A stretch of 64,000 nt of DNA from Kofleriaceae bacterium. GTDB taxonomy: Bacteria > Myxococcota_A > Polyangia > Haliangiales > Haliangiaceae. Location: the NCBI GenBank assembly GCA_965215005.1, contig CBDCCZ010000012.1, forward strand, positions 96,001 through 160,000, in the 5' to 3' direction. Every line of letters starts with the position of its first letter. Positions within the stretch are counted from its first letter, which is position 1. A program made the position numbers and the translations under genes. Below, one piece after another: positions 48,891-61,028 of this stretch. The notes beneath the pieces are model-generated. The model was not told the DNA's origin, did not search any database, and was given only the letters and a program-made list of their open reading frames with translations.

Positions 48891-51800
48891 GTGAATCCCG
48901 AGGCAAATCCCCAGGCGCATCGGCCGCCGAGACGACGCCATCGGGCCCTGCGGGGGGCGCTCTTCGGTCTCGGAGGTGTGGTCGCGCTGCTGGTGCTGGT
49001 GGTCGGCGTGCTGCGATGGCGGCTGCATGGCGCCGGCTTGGCGACGACCATCGAAGGCCTCATCAACGACAAGATCCGCGGCCGCGTCGACGTCGGCTCC
49101 GTCGAGTGGCCCCTGGAGGCGCTGCCCACCACGGTCACCGGCGGCTGGGTGCCGTTCGTGGTTCGCGACGTGCGCGTCTTCGATGAGCGCGGGGTCAAAG
49201 TCATCGATGCTCCTCTGGCCACCGGCGAGCTCGACGCCCATGCACTGATGTTTGGCGACCACCGGTTCGTGTTTCGCAAGCTGCGAATTCCCAGCGGCGG
49301 ATATGCCCCTCATCGAGGAAGTCACGGAGCCGGTCGCCAGCCACGAGCTCGATCAGGACTCCATCAGCTTGGTGTCGGCGTTCCATGGTGAGCGGCGACC
49401 GAGCTTGAGCGCAGGCATCGGCGGTCTGGGCGGGCCGGTCTTCGACCTGCGCGACTACCAGGTGAATGGGCTTACTCTCGACTTTGCGTTCCCCAAGCGC
49501 AGCTTCTTTGCGACTGCCAAGGAGGTGAGCGGTCGCGGCTTCCTCTACGCGAACGCCGGGAGCCCACTCGCAGGCGCCCTCTACTATTCGCTAACCCCGC
49601 ACGACCGCGCGCGCCACCGTGCGCATCGGGGCGGCGGTGATGCCACTCACCGACGTCGACGTCACCGAGCTCGAGCAACTGCCCACCAGCTGGCCTCGTG
49701 ACCCGCTGGGCAACGACTTTACGTGGAAGGCAACCGCGCGTGCTGCCGGCGGTGGCGTCATCCGAATGGACGGCGCGCTGCGCAACTATTGGATCTACGG
49801 CGATCACGGCAGCTACGATATCGAGCTCACCGCCGAAAATGCCGGCACCGCGCTGCGCACCCTCAGTGGCGGCCATGCCGGCGGCGATGCGCTTTTCCTG
49901 CGTCTGCAAATCGGCGGCTCCATGCTGCGCCCCGCGCTACGCTATTGAAGCCCGCGGGCTCGAGCTAGAGCTGCCACTGCGTGACGGTGAGCCGCTGCGG
50001 CTGCAGGTCCCGCACCTCGTTGCCGGCTACAGCGATGCCGTCGCGGAAGGGTATCTAACGGAAACCCTCGCCTACGGCCTAGGCGGTCAGATGCGCTTGT
50101 CTGGCACCTTCAGCATGACCCCGTACACGTTCGATCTGCGGCTGGCGACGCGCGAGCCGCTAGAGCTCGCACCGCTGCTGCCGCCCAAGGTCGTGGATGC
50201 CGTCGGCAGCCGCCTCACCGGTGAGCTGCACGTGTTCGGCGACGGCCAGGTCCAACATCTCGACGAGCTCGAGCTTTCACTCGGGCGCGCCAAGCTCAGC
50301 GGCGGTCTGGTGCTGACCTCCGAGGCGCTGTGGGCCCAAGGCCTGCGGGTGCGCCTCGGAAGCTCCGCGCTCACGCTCCGCGGCCGCATCGACACCGCCG
50401 CCGAGCAGCTCGACCTGCGCTACGCCGTCGACTCGCGCGACCTGCCGCGCTGGCTCGGCTATGTCGGCGTTCCCGAGGTGGCGCGCGCGCTTTCCGGCAG
50501 CGGCCGGATTCGCGGCAGCTATACGGATCCGCGCGTGACCGCGGCGCTTCGACTTTCCGGGGTGCCTATCGTCGACACCGTCGCCGCCACTCTTTCCTAC
50601 GCCGGCGGGCAAATCGCCTTGCGCCGCGCCGAAACCGCCGGTCTCGGCGGCACCGTCAGCGCCTCCGGGGTGCTGGATTTGAACGCCCGTCCCAAGCTGC
50701 GCAACGCACAGCTCCGCGCGAGTGGTCTCGACCTTGGGCGCCTTCCGCTGCTCGGCCCCTACGTCACAGGTCGCCTCGACGCGACGCTGAGCGCCAGCGG
50801 CTCGCCCGACCGGCTGCGGCTGCAGGCGAGCGCGAGCACCGATGCGCTCACCGTCGCCGGCGATCGCTTCGGGGTCGTGAGTTTGGAGGCCAGCACCGCC
50901 GATGGCGCCGCCGAGCTCGCGCTCCATCTCGAGCGCGACGCGGGCGGCGTGCTCGATCTGCAAGCGGTCGTCGACCAGGCGCTCGAGCTCGGGGGCCAAC
51001 TGCGGGTGCGCGGCCTGCCGCTCCAGTCGCTGCCGCTCGGGGCGAAATCACCCGCAGAGAGCCCCGTCGGCGGCACGCTGAACGCAGAGTTCGCCCTCAG
51101 TGGCACCGCGCGAGCGCCGCTCGCGGAAGGGGTAATTTCGGTGGCCCGCGGCTGGGTCGGCAGTGCCTTTCTCGGAGTTGCCGAGCTGCGCGTCGAGCCG
51201 GCGGGCGCGGGTTTGATGCGCGTACGCGGCCGGGTGATGCAGGGCAAGGCCGAGGTCGAAGGCACCGTCGGCACCGCCGCGCCCTACCCCGCCAACCTGC
51301 AGATCACGCTCCGCCGCGTCGAGCTCGACCAATTCGCGCCCGAGCTGGCCGCTCGCTACGGCGTTCGCGGTTGGGTGAGCGGCACACTGTCGCTCGACAC
51401 GCCGCTTGAACCGACTGGCCAACGGCTACCGAGCGGCCAGCTGCGGCTCACCGAGGCAGTGCTCGTGGTCGACAACGACGATTCGGCCGGTCGACCGGCG
51501 CCCCTGCGGCTGCGCAACGCCGGCGCCGTCGACCTCGACTTCGACGGCAGCACGTTGATGTTCGTCGAGCCCGCCACCTTCGATGGCCCTGGCGGCAGCT
51601 TCACCGTCCAAGGATCGGCGCGCGTCGACGCCCTGGCGTTGCATTTGGCTGGCAACGTCGCACTGGCGATGCTGGAGCCGTACGCGCGCGATACCTTCGA
51701 TGAGATCTCCGGCTCGCTCGAGGTAGCGGTGGACGTCACCGGCTCGCTTGCCGAGCCGCGGCTGCAAGCCCTCATCGATATCTCGGAGCTCGCGGTGCGA

Positions 51801-53411
51801 CCTGCGGGACAAGACGCGGTGGTATCGGTACCCGCAGGCCGCATCCAGCTCACCAACGACCAGATCGCGGTAACCGGCATCGACGTCAACGTGGTGGACG
51901 CCTTCTCCGGCGAGCGCGCCACCTTGACGGTTGCCGGCGGCGTGGCGCTCGATGACTTCGAGCCGGCGATGTGGGCGCTCAATGTCGAGGGGCAGCTAGC
52001 CGGCAAGATGCTGCTCGTGGCCGCGCCGCGGGTGTTCTCGCAAGCCAGCGGCACCGCGCAGCTCAGCTTGGCCATCATCGGTGCCGGAGACACACCCGAC
52101 ATTCACGGCTCGATCGAGTTCGACACCGCTCGGCCGTTCACGATCACGCCGCGCGGGCTGCGGCGCGAGCTCACCTTCACCACCGGCGCGCTGAGCTTCA
52201 CCGAAAGTCGGGTGCAGTTCGACAACGTCGGGGGCCTCATCGACGACGAGGGACGCTTCATCATCGGCCTCGGCTCGGACTGCGAAGAGGCCACGCCGGT
52301 GCGCTGTAGCGAGGTGAGCCTGGCGAACTGGCAGCCGGTCGAGGTCGACGTGACGGTGTCTGCCGATGGACTGCCGTTTCGCGTACCCAAGACGCTAGAG
52401 CTCACGCTCAATCTGGTGGGCGTACGCATCGTCGGCGGTGCCGAAGGCGTAGACATCGCCGGCACCATCGAAGTGGTCGACGGTCGCTACATGCGCGACT
52501 TCAATCTGGGCGAAGCGCTGCGCCCGACCACCGGCCCGTCGGTGCCCGAGGAGCCGTTCTACGAGCAGGTCCCGATGTTGGCCAACGCCAACCTCGATCT
52601 CGCCCTCGATGTGCGTGCGTTCTTCGTGCAAAACAACATCGCCAACATCGAGCTCGGCGGCGCGATCGCGGTCGCCGGCACCCCAGCCGAGCCGAGGCTC
52701 GATGGCGAGATTCAGGTCGAGCAAGGTGCGTTCAAGCTGCAGGGCATGCGCGCGCGGTTCTCGCGGACCCGCGGCTCGGTGGCGTTTTCCGGCTTCAAAC
52801 GGTTTCCCGAGGACACGCCGGTCCTCGACATCACCAGCGAGTCCGACTACCGCGACCCCAGCGGCCAGGATCACTTGATCACGCTCGACATCGAAGGAAC
52901 GTTATCGGCGCTGCAGTGGGAGCTCGGAACCTCCGCAGGCCTCAACAAGGCGCAGACCATTACGTTGCTGGTTTCTGGGCGCACGCCCGATGAGGTTCGC
53001 AGATCGATCGGCGATCAGGCACCCGGCCGCGACCCGCGGCGTATCGATCCATCGACCGCGCCAACCGAGAGCTATAGCGATCAGCTGCTAAAGGACTTGG
53101 CAGGCGACTTCATCTCGCTGTTGGTCGAGGACACGCTGCGCAACATCACCTCGCTCGACGTCGCCCGCCTCGAGATCGGCACCGGTTCGATCGGCTTTCA
53201 CGGCGAGAAGCGCGTCTTCAAGAATTTGCGTTTCCTGGGCGATCTCGAGCAGACGTTGCGCGGCCGCACCTATAGCGCGCGCGGCGAGCTGCGGCTGAGC
53301 GATGCGCTGTCGGTCGAAGGCGAAATCCTCAACAAGGACTTCGCCGATGAGGTCGAGCAGGATGTCTCCGATGAGCGGATTGGCATAGTGTATCGCTTTC
53401 TGCTTCCCTGA
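48891..53411 (+). CDS. tamB: TamB/AsmA-like protein, three apparent +1 frameshifts in the 5' part
   Basis: N-terminal TM anchor, long beta-rich body with [11 protein letters not shown] and [14 protein letters not shown] motifs, adjacent Omp85 gene. Shifts near 49308, 49600 and 49940. Confidence 0.8.
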
Positions 53412-53419
53412 CGCTGCGC

Positions 53420-56400
53420 ATGCTTCGGCCGCTCCTCATCACCGTGCTGACGGTTTCGGCCTGGTTCGTGCCGCAGGCAACGGCGCAGCCCGCCGACGCG
53501 CCAACTGCCGCGGAACCCGCACCGCCCATCGAGCTCGAACATGGCAGCGACGAGCCGGTCGTAGGCAGTCAAACGCCCCTTCTGCCGCCGTTGCAAGCGC
53601 CCCTGGACCCGCTGCCGGCTCCGGTGCCGGTCGTGGCCGATCCCGAAGACACGCCAGCGCGCGCCGTCGCGCCCGCCGTTGCCCCGCAAGCACCGCCAAT
53701 GCAGTGGCGCGAATGGGACCTCGAGGGTGTCTTGATCGACGACAAGGACACGGTGCGAGCGTTGTTTGCCAGCGTAATGGATCGCCGCCAGACGCTTACC
53801 GCGCCGGCGCGGGCCGAGCTCATCGAGCGCGCCCGCAGCATCGGCTATGAGCTTCTCGATATCGACGCGCGGCCCATGCCTACCGGAGCCACACTCGCGG
53901 TTCTCGTGCTTCGACCGGTGCCGCTGGTACGCAAGCTCGACATCGATATCGACAACGATTGGTGGGACGTTCGAAGCTATCCAGACACCGTCTTCGAAGA
54001 TGAGATTCGCCGGCGCATGCGCCTACGCCAAGGTGCCAGCCTCGCCTCCGATCGCGCCGAGCGAAGTCGCCAGCTGCGCGCCGAGGAGCTGCGAATCCTC
54101 GATTATCTCCGCGACGAGGGCTTCTTCGAGGCGCGCGTCGCAGTCACCGATACGCCCGCGGGTCGATACGCGGCGATCATCGAGGTCGACATCGACAAAG
54201 GCCCTCGCTATCGCGTCGGCCGCGTCACCGTCACCGGCAATGAAGCGGTGCGAGCCAATGAGATCGTCCGCATCTTCCGCCACAAGCTGGTTTGCATCCT
54301 CACCGTCTGCGGTGGCAAGCGCAAGTTCACGCGCGCGCAGCTCAACCGCGACCTCGAAGCGGTGGCCACTCTCTATCAACGCCGCGGCTATCCGGGGGTG
54401 CGGGTACGCACCGACTTCGATCCCACGCGCAGCTTCAATCGCGCCCGCAAAACCGTCGACTTCACCATCAACATCAGCGAGCGGCGCAAGATCGACGTCG
54501 TGTTCCAGGGCAACGACCCTGAGAGAGCGCCAGCCTCGCGCCTGGAGGAGCTGCTCACCTTCGATGCCGAAGGCGCCTACGACGATGTCGAGGTCGACGC
54601 CTCGGCGCAGGCGATTCAAACGTTCTATCAACGACGCGGCTACTTCGAAGCCAACGTCACTTGGGCTCGCGAGCGGTTCAGCTTCTTTGATCGGATCCTC
54701 TTCTACATCGACGAAGGACCGCAGCTCAAAGTCGAAGAGGTGCGCTTCGAAGGCAACAAGAGCCTCTCAGCCGAAGCCCTGCGCGGCGTCGTCGCTACAC
54801 AAGTGTTTCGCTCGCTGCCGATCCTCGGCAGCTCAGGGTTCGTAACCTCCGAGCAACTCGAAGAAGACGTTGCGCGCTTGCGCGATCTGTATCGCCGGCA
54901 AGGCTTCCCTGCGGCCGACGTGCGGGTGCGAGTGGCCCGTGGGCCGAGCGTCATTGGCAACGCTGCAGCTCTAGCCGCCACCGTAGCCGCCGCCACCGCC
55001 GCCGATGAGCTGTACGTGCGATTCTTGATCGATGAGGGGCCGCGGCGCACGGTCGGCAATATCGACTTCACCTTTGCAGGCCCGCACACGCGCAGCGTCA
55101 ATGAGCTGAAAGACGTATTGGACCTGGCGCCGGGCGATCCGCTCTACGACGAGCGTCTCGAGCAGCAAATCAATCGCCTCGGTCGGTTCTACTTTCAGAG
55201 CGGCTATCCCCGCGCTCGGATCGTCGCCAAACCCTCCGTCGACTCCGAGACGGGGGCGGTCAATCTCACCTTCGAGGTCACCGAGTCGCAGCTGGTGGAG
55301 CTCGGCAAAGTGGCAATTCGCGGCAACTTTAAGACTCGCGAGTGGGTCATCCGCGACGAGCTGCGGTTCGAAGAAGGGCAGCCGCTTACCCTCAGCCGCG
55401 CCGAGCGCGGTCAGCAAAACCTGCGCAACACCGCGTTGTTCGACGCCGTGCGGGTGGCCTTCGTCGACTTCGATGATCCTTCGCAGAACCGCGTCAACGT
55501 GGTCGTGCACGTAGAAGAGCGCCACGACCATGGCGGCCAGGTAGCCCTCGGGGCTGGCTATTCAACCCAAAACGAGGCGTTCGTCGATGCGTCATGGACC
55601 GCCGCCAACCTCTTCGGCATTGGGCTCAAAAACGAGCTTCAGACCATCCTCGGCAATCGCATTCAGTCGCTCGACAACAAGATCACTGCGCCGCGCTGGA
55701 TCGCCCGCAAGCTCACCGGCCTCACCGTTCATACCGATCTCTACGGCTTCATTCGCAGCGAGAACACCCGCCGGTTCGGTGACTTGCTCTCGTTTGGCGG
55801 CTCGCTGGCGTTCTCCAAGTCGGGCCGCCACGGGTTCTGGCGCGGATGGCTGTTGTCGCTGCGCTACGACTTGCGCCAACGCGAGCGCGATGAAGATTTG
55901 ATCCGCGTCGCCGGCGCCTCCGACGACATCACGCAGAGCCCGGTCACCACACGCACGGGCGCGCTCGGACCCACCCTGGTCATCGACAAACGTCGCGACA
56001 GCAGCGGACAACCCAATCCACTCGTGCCCGAGAAAGGCTTTCGCCTCGAGCTTCGCGCCTCGCTGGCGCACGAATACCTGTTTGGCCAAAACCGATTCAT
56101 CAAGCTCGGCGTCAGCGGCCAGCATTTCCTCAAGCTCGGCAGCCGGCTGCTCCTCACGCAGGGCGTGCGATACGACCATGGGATTCCGCTTGGCGACGAC
56201 TCGCTGTTGCCCGAAGTCGAGCGCTTCTTTGCCGGCGGCGACACCACCGTTCGAGGCTTTGAGCAAGATCAGCTGGCGACCGAGGTCATCGAGCAGCCGC
56301 TGGCGCCGATCGAGGGCATCACGTCGCTGCGCATCCTGCCCGCTGGCGGCAACGTGCGTTTCATCCACAATCTCGATCTGCAGCTGCGGGTATGGGAGGT

Positions 56401-56629
56401 CTTCGATCTTCCGGTCGCCTCGGCGCTGTTCGTCGACACCGGCCTCATCACCAACTCGGCAGTCGACACAAGAGCTCGCGATCTCCGCCACGCGATCGGA
56501 TTGGCGCTCTTTCGGCTGCTCGCCCCCTTTGGCTCCTTATCGCTCGAATACGCGGTGCCGCTCGATCCTGCGATTGGCGACAACCCACGGGGACGATTTC
56601 ACTTCAACTTCGCGCTGCTGTTCTCGTAA
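53420..56629 (+). CDS. Omp85 family (BamA/TamA) protein with multiple POTRA domains
   Basis: Repeated YxxxGY/F..EGP..V..GN POTRA units, RFFAGGDTTVRGF loop, C-terminal RFHFNFALLFS. Confidence 0.92.
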   Translation: MLRPLLITVLTVSAWFVPQATAQPADAPTAAEPAPPIELEHGSDEPVVGSQTPLLPPLQAPLDPLPAPVPVVADPEDTPARAVAPAVAPQAPPMQWREWDLEGVLIDDKDTVRALFASVMDRRQTLTAPARAELIERARSIGYELLDIDARPMPTGATLAVLVLRPVPLVRKLDIDIDNDWWDVRSYPDTVFEDEIRRRMRLRQGASLASDRAERSRQLRAEELRILDYLRDEGFFEARVAVTDTPAGRYAAIIEVDIDKGPRYRVGRVTVTGNEAVRANEIVRIFRHKLVCILTVCGGKRKFTRAQLNRDLEAVATLYQRRGYPGVRVRTDFDPTRSFNRARKTVDFTINISERRKIDVVFQGNDPERAPASRLEELLTFDAEGAYDDVEVDASAQAIQTFYQRRGYFEANVTWARERFSFFDRILFYIDEGPQLKVEEVRFEGNKSLSAEALRGVVATQVFRSLPILGSSGFVTSEQLEEDVARLRDLYRRQGFPAADVRVRVARGPSVIGNAAALAATVAAATAADELYVRFLIDEGPRRTVGNIDFTFAGPHTRSVNELKDVLDLAPGDPLYDERLEQQINRLGRFYFQSGYPRARIVAKPSVDSETGAVNLTFEVTESQLVELGKVAIRGNFKTREWVIRDELRFEEGQPLTLSRAERGQQNLRNTALFDAVRVAFVDFDDPSQNRVNVVVHVEERHDHGGQVALGAGYSTQNEAFVDASWTAANLFGIGLKNELQTILGNRIQSLDNKITAPRWIARKLTGLTVHTDLYGFIRSENTRRFGDLLSFGGSLAFSKSGRHGFWRGWLLSLRYDLRQRERDEDLIRVAGASDDITQSPVTTRTGALGPTLVIDKRRDSSGQPNPLVPEKGFRLELRASLAHEYLFGQNRFIKLGVSGQHFLKLGSRLLLTQGVRYDHGIPLGDDSLLPEVERFFAGGDTTVRGFEQDQLATEVIEQPLAPIEGITSLRILPAGGNVRFIHNLDLQLRVWEVFDLPVASALFVDTGLITNSAVDTRARDLRHAIGLALFRLLAPFGSLSLEYAVPLDPAIGDNPRGRFHFNFALLFS

Positions 56630-56691
56630 GCCGCTGGGCCGGAGGATGGCGGATCGAGCGCCCGATCCCGGGACACCGCTTCTTGCGCCTG

Positions 56692-56720
56692 TTGACACCG
56701 GGCGACACGTAGATCATTCT
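56692..56720 (+). promoter_or_regulatory. Putative sigma70 promoter for the basic peptide
   Basis: TTGACA-17 nt-CATTCT. Confidence 0.6.
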
Positions 56721-56757
56721 TCGGGGCCGTTTCGCACTCGATTGCAGGAGAATTGCT

Positions 56758-56880
56758 ATGGGCCGTGGAGATAGTCGTAAAACCCGCAAAATGCGCCGCA
56801 AGAATAGCCAGAGGAAACTCAAGGAGCGCATCAAGCGCCGCATCCAAGAGGGCAAAGAAGCCGCAAAGAAGAGCAAGTAG
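56758..56880 (+). CDS. Small highly basic protein (40 aa), not in the ORF track
   Basis: MGRGDSRKTRKMRRKNSQRKLKERIKRRIQEGKEAAKKSK, SD AGGAG 8 nt before ATG, own promoter, 19 of 40 residues Lys/Arg. Confidence 0.8.
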   Translation: MGRGDSRKTRKMRRKNSQRKLKERIKRRIQEGKEAAKKSK

Positions 56881-56919
56881 CTCCTCGCCGCGCCGCGCGC
56901 TCAGCCGGCGACCCCTACC

Positions 56920-57402
56920 ATGACTGTCTCCCTCACCCCGGAGGCCTCGCGATGCGTCATGACGCAAATCGTGATGCCCGGCCATACCAACGGCGCGGCT
57001 GGTGTGCTGTTTGGTGGGGTGTTGATGCAGTGGATCGACGTCTGCGCAGGCGTCGCAGCGATGCGTCATGCAGGGGGCGCGGTGGTCACCGCCTCGATCG
57101 ATCGCCTCGACTTTATGGTCCCGGTCAAGCTCGGTGACGTGGTCGTGCTGCTGAGCCAGGTCAACTACGTCTCGCGGACCTCCATGGAGGTCGGCTGCCG
57201 GGTCGAGACCGAAGATATGGCCACCCGCGAGCGTCGCTACACCACCAAAGCCTATCTGACGTTCGTCGCCATCGACGCCGACCATCGCCCCACTCGCGTA
57301 CCAGAGTTGACGCTGGTAACAGCCGTCGACCAACGGCGCTTCGCAGCTGCTCGAGAGCGTCGCAGCGAGCGGCTGCGAGCCGTCGGCAAACGAAAGGGCT
57401 GA
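56920..57402 (+). CDS. Acyl-CoA thioesterase (hotdog fold, YciA family)
   Basis: [42 protein letters not shown]. Confidence 0.93.
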   Translation: MTVSLTPEASRCVMTQIVMPGHTNGAAGVLFGGVLMQWIDVCAGVAAMRHAGGAVVTASIDRLDFMVPVKLGDVVVLLSQVNYVSRTSMEVGCRVETEDMATRERRYTTKAYLTFVAIDADHRPTRVPELTLVTAVDQRRFAAARERRSERLRAVGKRKG

Positions 57403-57404
57403 CT

Positions 57405-58181
57405 ATGGCAGAGGTCATCGTTGATCAGAGCGACCGGCCGCACGTCGAGGTGACCGGAGCCGACCGGGTCAGGTTCCTCCAGGGCATGTGCACCGCCAAC
57501 GTTGAGACGCTAGCGGTGGGCGCGGCGGTGTTCGCTTCGATGCTTACCGCCAAGGGCCGCGTGGTCACCCAGTTTGAGGTCGTCAAAGAAGCCGACCGGT
57601 TGCTCCTACTATGCGAGCCCGGCCAGGCAACGGTCGCGATCGAGACGCTGTCACGGTACGCCATCATGGACGAGGTCGAGCTCGCGCCGATCGAGCTGAT
57701 GGTGCATCGGCGTTGGCCCGATCCTGCGGCGGTGCTCACCGCGCCGCCGATCTTCGCTGCACCGCCCTCGCCGTCCCCGGCGGCCGAGGTCGAGGTTCGC
57801 CGCATCGAAGGCGGGTTTCCGCGCTATGGGATCGACGTGAGCGAAGCCAACTTTCCCTTCGAAACCCCGCTTGGCCGCTTCATCGATTACGAAAAAGGCT
57901 GCTACATCGGCCAAGAGCCGATCTCCAGGGTGCATTTTCGCGGCAGCGCCAACAAGCAGCTGCGCGGCCTGCACCTCGAAGGCGACGACGTGGCGGCGGT
58001 CGGCAGCGTGGTGAGCCACGAGAGTCGCGCCGACGCGGGCGTCATCACCTCGGCGGCACGCTCGGAAGCCTTTGGCTCCATCGCCCTGGCCTATCTTCAC
58101 CGTTCGGTCTGGGAGCCAGGCAATCGAGTCGCCGTCGCAGGACGACCCGCGACAGTCGTCCTGCTGCCCTTCGGGCAGTAA
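57405..58181 (+). CDS. ygfZ: YgfZ/GcvT family folate-binding protein
   Basis: VTGADRVRFLQG, LTAKGR, signature KGCYIGQE. Confidence 0.9.
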   Translation: MAEVIVDQSDRPHVEVTGADRVRFLQGMCTANVETLAVGAAVFASMLTAKGRVVTQFEVVKEADRLLLLCEPGQATVAIETLSRYAIMDEVELAPIELMVHRRWPDPAAVLTAPPIFAAPPSPSPAAEVEVRRIEGGFPRYGIDVSEANFPFETPLGRFIDYEKGCYIGQEPISRVHFRGSANKQLRGLHLEGDDVAAVGSVVSHESRADAGVITSAARSEAFGSIALAYLHRSVWEPGNRVAVAGRPATVVLLPFGQ

Positions 58182-58283
58182 CGACGCGGCTTTGCGTGCG
58201 ACCCTGGTAACGGGCCTGCGCATCTCGCGTCCTCGCCCGGCGTCGGGCGCACCCCGCCCGAGCAGCCTGCGGCGGCATGCGCG

Positions 58284-58715
58284 CTAAAAGCCGCTCTGCA
58301 GCACCGCGGCGACCAGCCCTACCGCGGCAGCGGAGCACAGCGCGACCATAACGTTGCCCAGCGAGCGCAGCTGGCCCCGCGTCGGCCCAGATTCCGTGGC
58401 CAGCTCCACCAGCGCCGTCGCCTCGACTCCCGCGGGGGGCGTGGCGCGGCGCTTGCGCGCTTCGGCAAGCAACTGCGCTTTGCGCGGCGCGACATCCACC
58501 CCCGGCAGCGGCGGCGCACCGAGCCGCATCGACGAGCGGTCGAAGATATCGACCAGCTGCGGCGCCGAGTCGACATCGTGGCGCGGCTTGAAGATCAGCG
58601 GAAAGCCGCACGCGGGACAACACCCGACCACGCAGTCGCGAGCGACGAAATGACACTGGTAGCAGACTGCCTTGTACGCCGTGCTCGTTGCTTGCTGTGC
58701 TGCCGTGGAAATCAT
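58284..58715 (-). CDS. Hypothetical zinc-ribbon protein with C-terminal TM helix (143 aa)
   Basis: CYQC..CCPACGFPL, hydrophobic tail VMVALCSAAAVGLVAAVL; start at MISTAAQ after AGGTG. Confidence 0.65.
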   Translation of the reverse strand: MISTAAQQATSTAYKAVCYQCHFVARDCVVGCCPACGFPLIFKPRHDVDSAPQLVDIFDRSSMRLGAPPLPGVDVAPRKAQLLAEARKRRATPPAGVEATALVELATESGPTRGQLRSLGNVMVALCSAAAVGLVAAVLQSGF

Positions 58716-58755
58716 GACACCTATCTCTCGCTGTCGTCCGGCATTCCCCCTTCTT

Positions 58756-58771
58756 TGCGAAGTCAATGCCA
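58756..58771 (-). promoter_or_regulatory. Putative sigma54 (-24/-12) promoter
   Basis: TGGCATTGACTTCGCA, GG-N10-GC spacing, 40 nt upstream of the ATG at 58715. Confidence 0.55.
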
Positions 58772-59121
58772 CTCTGCAAACCCTCGTAACCTGCCGATAC
58801 CATTCGCTCAGCCTGGCCACGTCGCGCCTCACGTGCGCTCGCGCCAGGAGAGCGCAACCCTCTGTGTGCGGAGCCCTGCCTCCAGTTCCGCGACATCTCC
58901 TATCCACTTCATCTCAGCTCGCCGATGGCCACGCGTTCGCGCCTGCCCCGCGAGGCGGCCCATCGCGTGTCGTTCGCACTCGATACGATCCCCACTCCCC
59001 TTCAAAAGAGGCAGCCGAACTCCTGCGCTCCATCAGTCTGTAGACAGAACCACAGCGCCGCAGGCAGCGTAACCTGCGGCAGGTACGCTGGTTTTCGCCT
59101 TTCGGCCAGGGGAACTTCAGG

Positions 59122-60008
59122 CTAACGCTCGGGCGGATATGGCGCGCCGAGCGCGCGTGGCGGTCGCGAGCGGCCGATGAACCCCGCGAGCGCGATCATC
59201 GTGAGTACATACGGCAGCGTCTGCACCAGCTCGGTAGGCACGGCGATACCGGCGGTTTGAAGGCGCAGCTGCAGCGCCTCGGCAAAGCCGAACAACAAGC
59301 ACGCGGCGCAGGCCCACAGTGGCCGCCAGCTCGCCATGATCACCGCCGCCAACGCGATGTAGCCGCGCCCGCCGCTCATTTCGGCGACGAAGCCGCGGCT
59401 GGTGAGGGCCAAGTAGGCGCCGCCAAGGCCGGCGAGCGCGCCTGCCATCAGCACCGCCACCCAGCGCACGCGCTCGACTCGCACCCCGAGTGATGCGGCC
59501 GCTACGGGATGCTCGCCCACCGCGCGAAGCCGCAGCCCAAAGGGAGTGCGCGCAAGCCACAGCCATACCGCTACGGCCAGCGCCACCACCAGCCAAAATA
59601 GGCCGCTGGAAATCACCCAGGTGTCGATGCCAACGGTGGTTGGCGAGCTCGCAGTGGAGTCGAAGAACAGCTCGAGCAAGTAGCGCGTGAGCCCGTAGGT
59701 CAACAAGTTGATGGCCACGCCGGCGACAATCTGGTCGCCGCCGAGTCGCACCACGACGAGGGCGTAAAGCGCGCCCACGACGATGCCGGCCAGCGCCCCG
59801 CACGCAGCCGCCAGCATGGTGCTGCCGCTGTAGTAGGCAGCCAGCGCTGCTCCGAAGGCGCCCGCAAGGAGCTTGCCCTCGAGCGCGATGTTGATGACTC
59901 CTGAGCGCTCGCTCACCACGCCACCGAGCGCGGCGAGCGCGTACGGCACGCTGATGCGCAGCATTTGCACCGCAAACGCCAGGCTCAAAATCGAGCTCAT
60001 CAGCTCGG

Positions 60009-60012
<4 letters not shown>
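59122..60012 (-). CDS. Nucleoside-type ABC transporter permease 2
   Basis: SERSGVINIALEG, TPFGLRLRAVGEHP, GRGYIALAA, LPYVLT. Confidence 0.93.

Positions 60013-61024
<1,012 letters not shown>

Positions 61025-61028
<4 letters not shown>

Noticed and set aside
58772..59121. Possible ncRNA or tRNA in the long intergenic region
   Set aside because: No cloverleaf or recognisable RNA motif by eye; better explained as upstream regulatory DNA. An Rfam search was not run.
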